A stretch of DNA of 64,000 nucleotides, from assembly GCA_963708525.1 (NCBI GenBank), contig CAVPTH010000009.1:94648-158647 (forward strand), given 5' to 3'. Shown piece after piece: positions 27,766-35,185 of this stretch. The stretch comes from an uncultured Verrucomicrobiae bacterium. GTDB lineage: Bacteria; Verrucomicrobiota; Verrucomicrobiia; Limisphaerales; UBA11358. The position numbers and the translations under genes were made by a program. Under the pieces are notes generated by a model. It had not been told where the DNA came from. It searched no databases and worked only from the letters and a program-made list of their open reading frames with translations. Positions within the stretch are counted from its first letter, which is position 1. Each line of letters opens with the position of its first letter.

Positions 27766-28485
27766 ATGACTCCTCAAGTTAAACATTCGTTGCCATTTTT
27801 GGCTACATTGTTCATATCTCTGATCAATGTCTCCGCACAACCCAGGCTGACAAGCATCGCTCTCTTCAGCGCAGACCCATCGGGCAACTATTTCGGCCCA
27901 GACCTTTGGGACACACAACCCGGCAACATCTCCAACCAGGGATATTTTAATGTCTGGATACAGAGCGGCGGCATTTTCCTGAGCGGGCCCTTGGATTCCC
28001 AAACGCAACCAAACATCACACTGTCGTCTGGTGTGAATTCGTTTACGCTCAATGCCGATCCGGGCGCCGATTATAGCCAGTTCGGGATCAGTTTGTTCTT
28101 CAATGGATCTGCCACACCGGCGATTTCGGCGTTTGGTCCGATGCAGGCGACGCCGGGACTGCATAGTTTTGCTGCAGATGGCGCGGGAAGCACACCCGGA
28201 CTTGCCATTGGCTCGCGTGTTCCTGGCGCCGGCACGCTCAGCTTCGTAACTGGCGGCGAGGTGATTACTTTGACCGATTACTTCTGGGCAACCCCATCCG
28301 TCTACAATCAAGATCTGGTTGGGGAATACACAACTGGAGCAAATGGACAACCCGATTATGTTGGAGGGATAACTCTTTCCGTGATCCCGGTACCAGAACC
28401 TGAAGTGCCGGTTTTGGCAATCGGCCTCCTGACGGGTGTGATCATGATCCGTCGCAGGATGCAGACCCGCAGGAGCTTACTATAA
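27766..28485 (+). CDS. PEP-CTERM sorting-domain secreted protein of unknown function
   Basis: It has a signal peptide (LPFLATLFISLINVSAQP). The C-terminus VIPVPEPEVPVLAIGLLTGVIMIRRRMQTRR reads as a PEP motif, a TM helix and an Arg cluster. Confidence 0.8.
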   Translation: MTPQVKHSLPFLATLFISLINVSAQPRLTSIALFSADPSGNYFGPDLWDTQPGNISNQGYFNVWIQSGGIFLSGPLDSQTQPNITLSSGVNSFTLNADPGADYSQFGISLFFNGSATPAISAFGPMQATPGLHSFAADGAGSTPGLAIGSRVPGAGTLSFVTGGEVITLTDYFWATPSVYNQDLVGEYTTGANGQPDYVGGITLSVIPVPEPEVPVLAIGLLTGVIMIRRRMQTRRSLL

Positions 28486-28697
28486 CCGAGAGGCATTTAA
28501 TTCACCCCACAACGCTCTGTTATTACGAGATACAGATTCGCGATACAAAATATGCCAGCGCAGCCATAAGAAACTCGCTGGCAGAGTTCGGCTGGTGCCA
28601 GAACAAACGATAAGAATGGTTTTTGGGCGGCGCCGTCTCGGTTTCTACGATAAAAACTGGCTTTGCCCGGAAAAAGCAGTCTGGCAGGCTGGGGCAA

Positions 28698-29567
28698 ATG
28701 CTCAAAATCCTGGTGACTGGCGGAGGTGGATTGCTGGCTCATGCGCTGCGCGAGTTTCGACCTGCGGGCTGTGGATTGATTTTTCTTTCCCATGCGGATT
28801 TTGATTTGACCGCATCGGCGAGCATGCAGCGGCAGTTGGCCAGGATTGCCCCCGATGTCGTCATCAACACTGCTGCCTATAACCAGGTGGACCGTTGTGA
28901 AATCGAACGCGAACTGTCATGGAATGTCAATGCGGTCGGACCACAGCAACTCGCGGAACTTTGTGCACATGCCGGCATCCGTCTCGTCCACTATGGTACG
29001 GATTACGTTTTTGACGGCGAGAAGAAGTCGCCTTATCTCGAAACCGATGCGCCAAATCCATTGAATCATTACGCCGCGGGAAAGCTCGCAGGCGAACAGG
29101 CCGTGTTACGCGCGTCCGCAACCCATTTGGTCCTGCGCACCAGCTGGGTCTTTGGCTGGCACCCGACGCAAAAGAAGTCCTTTGTCCACACCGTGCTGCG
29201 TCTGACGCAGGAAGGTCGGGAACTGAAAGCAGCCATCGACCAGGCGTCGGTGCCGACGTATGCACCCGATCTCGCGCAATGGACCTGGGAACTTGTCCGC
29301 ATGAGCGCCAGCGGTTTAATTCATGCTGTTAATGACGAAGGCGTTAGCCGCCATGACTGGACGCTCGCGATTTTGGAGGCGGCGGCGCAAGCCGGCTTGA
29401 TCCGGCAACCCCCTCCGGTCGACAAGGTGACAACCGCGTTCTTCAATTCTACTATGCGCCGTCCGGCTTACACGATCTTGAGCAACAAAAAGCTGACCCA
29501 TTTGCTGGACCGCCGGCCGGGTTCGTGGCGTCCGGGTCTGCGAAAAATGCTCGCTCAAATGAAGTGA
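28698..29567 (+). CDS. rmlD: dTDP-4-dehydrorhamnose reductase
   Basis: Start at MLKILVTGGGGLLAHAL, with YGTDYVFDG, YAAGKLAGE (YxxxK) and LRTSWVFG. Confidence 0.85.
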   Translation: MLKILVTGGGGLLAHALREFRPAGCGLIFLSHADFDLTASASMQRQLARIAPDVVINTAAYNQVDRCEIERELSWNVNAVGPQQLAELCAHAGIRLVHYGTDYVFDGEKKSPYLETDAPNPLNHYAAGKLAGEQAVLRASATHLVLRTSWVFGWHPTQKKSFVHTVLRLTQEGRELKAAIDQASVPTYAPDLAQWTWELVRMSASGLIHAVNDEGVSRHDWTLAILEAAAQAGLIRQPPPVDKVTTAFFNSTMRRPAYTILSNKKLTHLLDRRPGSWRPGLRKMLAQMK

Positions 29568-29588
29568 TTTCCAGTAATCTGCGCAGAC

Positions 29589-30104
29589 ATGTCCACCAGC
29601 TGGCAGCATGTCGAAGTGCGCGGGATTATTGAGATTCCCAACTTGCCGGGCGTACTCGTCGAAGCACTGCCGGTTTTCACGGACGTTCGCGGCAGTCTCC
29701 ATGAACTGTACCGTTCCGATGAAATTCCGAAAAAATTCAAACCGGTGATGGCCTGTTGCTCCTGGTCGACCCCCGGGGTGACCCGCGGTCCACATCAACA
29801 TGTTTTCCAGGACGATTATTTTGTTTTTGCAGGTCCGTCAGATTTTCGGGTTTATTTGTGGGACGACCGTCCCGGTTCAGCCAAGGCAGCCAAGGGCTGG
29901 TTCATCAACACCGGCGCGAGCGCGCCATCACGTGTTTATGTTCCGCGTGGTGTGGTTCACGCCTATCGTAATATCGGCATTGTCCCCGGGGTGGTCGTGA
30001 CCGTCACCAGCCTGCTATTCCAAGGCGAGGGCCGCCAGGAACCGGTGGATGAAATCCGCCATGAACTGGATTCGAATTCACCTTACCGGCCTCCTCAATC
30101 ATGA
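29589..30104 (+). CDS. RmlC-like cupin sugar epimerase (dTDP-4-dehydrorhamnose 3,5-epimerase family)
   Basis: 171 aa with FTDVRGSLHELY..., RGPHQH and VPRGVVHAY, resembling the RmlC fold. The exact activity is uncertain. Confidence 0.6.
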   Translation: MSTSWQHVEVRGIIEIPNLPGVLVEALPVFTDVRGSLHELYRSDEIPKKFKPVMACCSWSTPGVTRGPHQHVFQDDYFVFAGPSDFRVYLWDDRPGSAKAAKGWFINTGASAPSRVYVPRGVVHAYRNIGIVPGVVVTVTSLLFQGEGRQEPVDEIRHELDSNSPYRPPQS

Positions 30105-31350
30105 TTCGCGAACGAACACTTTGCCGTACCTGCGGCTCAAAAAATCTCCGACTGATCCTTGATCTTGGCCATACTGCATTGGCCAATGATTTTCTCGATC
30201 CCGAGGAGGTTGCAAACTATAAGATCTCCCTCCCGTTGCGTGTCGTGCTGTGCCAGGATTGTTCCCTGGTACAACTGGCCGACACCGTTGACCCGAAAGT
30301 TCTCTACTCACGCTACGCTTACATTACCTCGACTTCGCGCACGATGGATGCGCACTTGACCGATCAGTCGGCACATCTCCTGTCCGTCGGTCATTTTGGC
30401 GCACGCCCAAAGGTTTTGGAAATCGCCAGCAATACCGGGGTATTCCTGAACAAATTCAAGGAGCGCGGCTGTGAAGTTCTCGGCGTGGAGCCGGCAAAAA
30501 ATATCTGCGAGGTTGCGCTGAAATCCGGCATCCCGACCCGCAGCGAGTTCTTCAACGCTGCCAATGCCGCAAAAATTAAAGCGGAATGGGGCACGGCGGA
30601 TTTGGTTTTGGGACGGCACGTTTTCGCGCATATTGACGACCTGGGCGATTTGCTCGGTGGATTGGAAGCGGTTTCGCACCCGGAGACACTGATCGCTTTC
30701 GAGGTGCCCTACCTTGTTGATTTCTTTGAGCATACGGAATACGACACGATTTATCACGAGCATTTGTCTTACATTTCGGTTCGCGCGCTCGAGGCGCTGG
30801 TGAAGAATTCGCCGTTTGCATTGTCCCGGATTGACCATTATCAGATTCACGGCGGTTCGATTTTGTTTCATTTGCGTCACCGCTCGTCGAAAGTCGTAAT
30901 CGATGAAAGTGTCGCAAAAGCTCTGGAAGTGGAGCGTCGCCTGAAGCTGGCTGAACCCGTCACCTGGAGGAAAGTTTACCGAAAGGGTCGACCACGTACG
31001 CACAGAATTGCCCGCTCTCGTGCGGCGTCTCAAGTCACAGGGTAAACGCATCATCGGCTACGGTGCATCCGCAAAAGGCAACACCCTGCTCAATACCTGC
31101 GGTCTCAGCGCAAAAGAACTCGACTATATCATTGATAACACTCCGTTTAAGCAGAACAAAGTCGCGCCCGGCTCGTGGAGTACCCATTCGACCGCCGGAA
31201 ACATTACTCAGGGAACAGCCGGATTTTGCCTTGTTGCTTGCATGGAATTTCGCTCCGGAAATTGTCGGACGCGAAACGGAATATCAAAAGCGCGGCGGAC
31301 GGTTCATCGTTCCCATCCCTGAACCGAAAATTGTTGGATTTCCGGCATAA
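30101..31350 (+). pseudogene. NDP-hexose C-methyltransferase (TylC3/NovU-like: zinc ribbon, SAM methyltransferase and C-terminal domain), interrupted by two 1-nt frameshifts
   Basis: N-terminus CRTCGSKNL...LCQDCSLVQL (Zn ribbon), VLEIASNTGVFL (SAM motif) and YHEHLSYIS. The reading continues in a second frame (KFTERVDHVRTELPALVRRLKSQGKRIIGYGASAKGNTLLN) after AGGAAAGTTT at about 30971. It continues in a third frame (GVPIRPPETLLREQPDFALLLAWNFAPEI...RFIVPIPEPKIV) after about 31176. Confidence 0.75.
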
Positions 31351-31416
31351 TGGTCCAACGGCAAAGCCTTCAAAAGAAAATGAGTTCTCCCGGAACAACG
31401 GATCCAGTCTTCCCTC

Positions 31417-31659
31417 GTGAGCGTTGTGGTGGTGAACTATAACTGCAAAAAATGGCTCGGTCGTTTTTTCCCTTCGTTACGCGCGCAAACGATTTTCGAC
31501 CGTACCGAAGTCATCATGGTGGATAACACATCAACGGATGGTTCGGCAGAGGTTTGTGAAAAAGAAATGGCGGGATGGCGGAACGGAGCCTTCCTCCCCA
31601 CCGGTGGCAATTACGGCTTTGGCGGTGGCAGCAACCGCGGCACGAAAATTCCAAGCTGA
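31417..31659 (+). pseudogene. Truncated N-terminal remnant (80 aa) of a family-2 glycosyltransferase
   Basis: VVVVNYNCKKWLGRFFPSLRAQTIFDRTEVIMVDNTSTDGS...GFGGGSNRG parallels residues about 8-95 of the intact GT2 at 26441-27490. It ends before the DxD motif, and no continuation appears in any frame. Confidence 0.7.
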
Positions 31660-31765
31660 AGTCTGGTGGATATGCGAGTGCTTTTCCGCTTTGGTTTTGG
31701 CCGTTCAGCGGATTAAACGTTTATTCAAGTCCGGCATCAAGATTGTGAAATCATGTCGGCAACCG

Positions 31766-31790
31766 TTTTAAAAACGAATGGCGCGATTCG
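31766..31790 (-). terminator. Weak candidate intrinsic terminator downstream of the LamG/Ig gene
   Basis: On the minus strand: CGAAT-cgcgcc-ATTCG (5-bp stem) followed by TTTTTAAAA. Confidence 0.3.
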
Positions 31791-31797
31791 TCCTCGT

Positions 31798-34700
31798 TCA
31801 CTGGCTGAGCAGCAAGCGATAAAATCGATTTGTCTCCGTCATCTGAACCGACTCCAGATATATACCACCTATTTGAATGGGCGGATTGGACACAATCACC
31901 CAATCTGCCGGAGACAGACTGGGAGTGGTTTCCAGTACAAAACCAGGTGAGCTCTGGGGCCAGAAGATATATAAGTTATTGCCTGATGGCGTCGCTCCGA
32001 GCGTCGGCGGCAGATGGACGGTCAGCACCGCGTTGGAACTGAGGACGGAATTGACGAGATTGCTTACCAGTACGGCGTATTGACCTGCCTGACTCAACTG
32101 AACATTGGTCAACACCAGGGTCGCGTTGGTTGCATTGGCAATGTTGGTCTGATTAAAGTTCCATTGATAACGTAACGGCATTGTGCCGGAGGCGGTCACA
32201 GCAAAACTTGCGGTGCCTCCAACATAAATCGTCAGGTTCGTAGGTTGGGCGGTGATCATCACCGGCGCCAAAACCGTCAAGAGAGCATTGGAACTGGTGA
32301 TGGAGCCGTACGCGTTGGTCACCAGAACCGAATAGCTGCCCGCGTTGGTCAATTGGGCATTGGCCAGGATTAATGCAGCATTGGTCGCCCCCGTGATGTT
32401 CGTAGTATTGAACATCCACTGATAACTCAAGGGCGGTGTCCCGTTTGCACTGACAGTAAAGGTGGCGGTCTGGCCCACCACCACCGTCTGATTGGTCGGC
32501 TGCATCGTAATCACCGGGAGCTGGCCAGGCGGACACTTGCCCCCGCTACCAGCCAGGTAAATCGCCGCCATCTCATTGGAGGACAACACACGATTGTACA
32601 CACTGAATTCGTCCAGGCTCCCTGCCCACAGCGTCGGCGGCACATCGCTTGCCCGCACACCCAAATAGAAGTCATAGCTGGTCTGCGGAACAATGTTGGT
32701 GGGAAAAGTTGTTTGAGCTACATTGACTCCGTTTAAATAAATCGTCGCCACTCCTGACGTTCGATCATAAGTAAACGCCACATGTTGATACACATTGGCA
32801 TGAACTACCCCGGCCGGCGATGCCAGTGTGTGATAACCATTGGGGGGATTGTTATTGGCGTCCTGGATGTTGAGGTACAAACATCCCGGTCCGGTGCCGT
32901 AGGAATCCCATAGGTGCACGCCCCATACACCTCCGTGGCTGTGGTTGTTCCACTCTACGATCGGCCGGGGGGCACTGTCGACGACAGAAGGATCAATCCA
33001 ACCTTCAACGGTCATCCCGTTCCCAACCCCGACATTCAGGCCGGAACTGGCCGGTACTCCTACATAGGCATTCGTTCCATTTAAATAAAACGCCTGTCCC
33101 ACCTCGCCATTGCTATAACTCAGGCCGCCTGCCGGCACTCCGTTGTTGGTTCCGATTAGGTCATTGGCATTGCCTTCCCCCGGCCACCAGCTCACCAATC
33201 CCGACGGCGCTGGATCACAATTGGTCGGAGATAGAACAACGGTCAACATCGCATTGGAACTGAGTGTGGAGCCGTACCTATTGGTCACCAAAACCGAATA
33301 GAAACCCGCATTGGTCAATTGCACGTTGGCTAGGATCAAGGAAGCATTGGTAGCCCCCGCGATGTTCGTTGTATTAAATGCCCAGTGATAGCTCAATGGC
33401 GGTGTCCCGCTTGCACTGACTGAGAACGCCGCCGTTTGACCTCCGATTACCGTCTGGTTGGTCGGCTGCATCGTAATCACCGGGGGCTGGCCAGGCGGAC
33501 ACTTACCCCCGCTTCCAGCCAGATAAATCGCCGCGATCTCGTTGGAGGATAATAGCCGATTGTACACACTGAATTCATCCAGGCTCCCTGCCCACAGCGT
33601 CGGCGGCACATCGCTTGCCCGTACACCTAAATAGAAATCATAACTGGTTTGCGGTACGATGCCGGTGGCAAACGTTGTCTGCGCTACATTGACACCGTTC
33701 AAATAAATCGTCGCCACTCCTGACGTTTGATCATACGTAAATGCCACATGTTGATACACATTGGCATGAACTATCCCGGCCGGCGATGCCAGTGTGTGAT
33801 AACCACCGGGGGGATTGTTGTTGGCGTCCTGGATGTTGAGGTACAAACATCCCGGTCCGGTGCCAAAAGCAGAGCTTGGCTGGGAATCCCATAAGTGCAC
33901 GCCCCATACACCTCCGTGGCTGTGGTTGTTCCACTCCACGATCGGCCGGGGGGCACTATCTACGACAGCAGGGTCAATCCAACCTTCAACCGTAAGACCA
34001 TTGTTGGTCCCCACATTCAGACTCCCACTGGCCGGTACTTCTACATAAGCATTCGTTCCATTTAAATAAAACGCCTGTCCCACCTCGCCATTGGTATAAC
34101 TCAGGCCGCCTGCCGGCACTCCGTTGTTGGTTCCGATTAGGTCATTGGCATTGCCTTCCCCGGGCCACCAGCTCACCAATCCCGACGGCGCTGGATCACA
34201 ATTGGTCGGAGGCAGAACAACCGTCAGTATGGCATTGGAACTGAGCACCGAACCCGCCAGATTGCTCACCATCACTGCGTAGGTGCCTGCCTGGTTGAGC
34301 TGGACGTCATCCAATATCAGCAAGGAGTTCGTTGCGCCGCTAATGTTCGTCGTATTGAATGTCCAGTGATAGCTCAAGGGCGGTGTCCCGTTTGCACTGA
34401 CGGTAAAGGTGGCTGTCTGGCCCACTACCACTGTGCTGTCAGCGGGTTGGTTGGTGATGACAGGGGCCATGGGGGTAAAACACTTACCTCCACCACCAGC
34501 CAGGTAGATCGCCCCAATCTCGTTGGAGGATAATACCCGGTTGTACACACTGAATTCATCCAGACTCCCCGCCCACAGCGTCGGCGGCACATCGCTTGCA
34601 CGTACACCTAAATAGAAATCATAACTGGTTTGCGGTACGATGCCGGTGGCAAACGTTGTCTGCGCTACATTGACACCGTTCAAATAAATCGTCGCCACTC

Positions 34701-35103
34701 CTGACGTTCGATCATACGTAAATGCCACATGTTGATACACATTGGCATGAACTATCCCGGCCGGCGATGCCAGTGTGTGATAACCACCGGGGGGATTGTT
34801 GTTGGCGTCCTGGATGTTGAGGTACAAACATCCCGGTCCGGTGCCATAAGCAGAGGCTGACTGGGAATCCCATAAGTGCACGCCCCATACACCTCCGTGG
34901 CTGTGGTTGTTCCACTCCACGATCGGCCGGGGGGCACTATCTACGACAGCAGGATCAATCCAACCTTCAACCGTAAGACCATTGTTGGTCCCCACATTCA
35001 GACTCCCACTGGCCGGTACTTCCACATAAGCATTCGTTCCATTCAAATAAAACGCCTGTCCCACCTCGCCATTGGTATAACTGGCCGCCGGCCGGCGTAC
35101 CAT
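31798..35103 (-). CDS. Repetitive LamG (concanavalin-A-like lectin) / Ig-like domain surface protein, (LamG-Ig)x3 plus Ig plus a C-terminal ...FYRLLLSQ domain; lacks its own signal peptide
   Basis: 1,101 aa containing three units of about 327 aa. Each unit has a LamG-type segment (GEVGQAFYLNGTNAYVEVP...GWIDP...IYLNGVNVAQTTF...LDEFSVYN) and an I-set-like Ig domain (PVITMQPTNQTV..GQTA.F.V.A.GTPPLSY.W.FNTTNI.GATN..L.L..VQL..AG.Y.V.V.N). Confidence 0.85.
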   Translation of the reverse strand: MVRRPAASYTNGEVGQAFYLNGTNAYVEVPASGSLNVGTNNGLTVEGWIDPAVVDSAPRPIVEWNNHSHGGVWGVHLWDSQSASAYGTGPGCLYLNIQDANNNPPGGYHTLASPAGIVHANVYQHVAFTYDRTSGVATIYLNGVNVAQTTFATGIVPQTSYDFYLGVRASDVPPTLWAGSLDEFSVYNRVLSSNEIGAIYLAGGGGKCFTPMAPVITNQPADSTVVVGQTATFTVSANGTPPLSYHWTFNTTNISGATNSLLILDDVQLNQAGTYAVMVSNLAGSVLSSNAILTVVLPPTNCDPAPSGLVSWWPGEGNANDLIGTNNGVPAGGLSYTNGEVGQAFYLNGTNAYVEVPASGSLNVGTNNGLTVEGWIDPAVVDSAPRPIVEWNNHSHGGVWGVHLWDSQPSSAFGTGPGCLYLNIQDANNNPPGGYHTLASPAGIVHANVYQHVAFTYDQTSGVATIYLNGVNVAQTTFATGIVPQTSYDFYLGVRASDVPPTLWAGSLDEFSVYNRLLSSNEIAAIYLAGSGGKCPPGQPPVITMQPTNQTVIGGQTAAFSVSASGTPPLSYHWAFNTTNIAGATNASLILANVQLTNAGFYSVLVTNRYGSTLSSNAMLTVVLSPTNCDPAPSGLVSWWPGEGNANDLIGTNNGVPAGGLSYSNGEVGQAFYLNGTNAYVGVPASSGLNVGVGNGMTVEGWIDPSVVDSAPRPIVEWNNHSHGGVWGVHLWDSYGTGPGCLYLNIQDANNNPPNGYHTLASPAGVVHANVYQHVAFTYDRTSGVATIYLNGVNVAQTTFPTNIVPQTSYDFYLGVRASDVPPTLWAGSLDEFSVYNRVLSSNEMAAIYLAGSGGKCPPGQLPVITMQPTNQTVVVGQTATFTVSANGTPPLSYQWMFNTTNITGATNAALILANAQLTNAGSYSVLVTNAYGSITSSNALLTVLAPVMITAQPTNLTIYVGGTASFAVTASGTMPLRYQWNFNQTNIANATNATLVLTNVQLSQAGQYAVLVSNLVNSVLSSNAVLTVHLPPTLGATPSGNNLYIFWPQSSPGFVLETTPSLSPADWVIVSNPPIQIGGIYLESVQMTETNRFYRLLLSQ

Positions 35104-35185
35104 TGTTGGCTCCGATTATGTCATTGGCATTGCCTTCCCCGGGCCACCAGCTCACCAATCCCGACGGCGCCGGATCACAGGGCAA
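32260..35185. repeat. Coding tandem repeat, 3 units of about 963-981 bp
   Basis: The Cys codon of CDPAPSG recurs at 35177-35179, 34198-34200 and 33217-33219 (spacing 979 and 981 bp). The out-of-frame track ORFs 33731-33934 and 34712-34915 are the same 67-aa string with 3 differences. Confidence 0.95.

Noticed and set aside
32260-35185. Whether the regular repeats could be a CRISPR array or a non-coding satellite.
   Set aside because: The period is about 981 bp, there is no short repeat/spacer structure, and the repeats are in frame and encode LamG and Ig domains.
14551-35185. A diversity-generating retroelement (DGR), suggested by an Avd-family protein in the same window as near-identical repeats with a hypervariable patch.
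   Set aside because: No reverse transcriptase ORF is present. The Avd-like gene is 17 kb from the repeats. The loop differences between units (ATAAGCAGAGGCTGACTG versus AAAAGCAGAGCTTGGCTG, plus an 18-bp deletion) are not restricted to adenine positions as DGR mutagenesis would predict.
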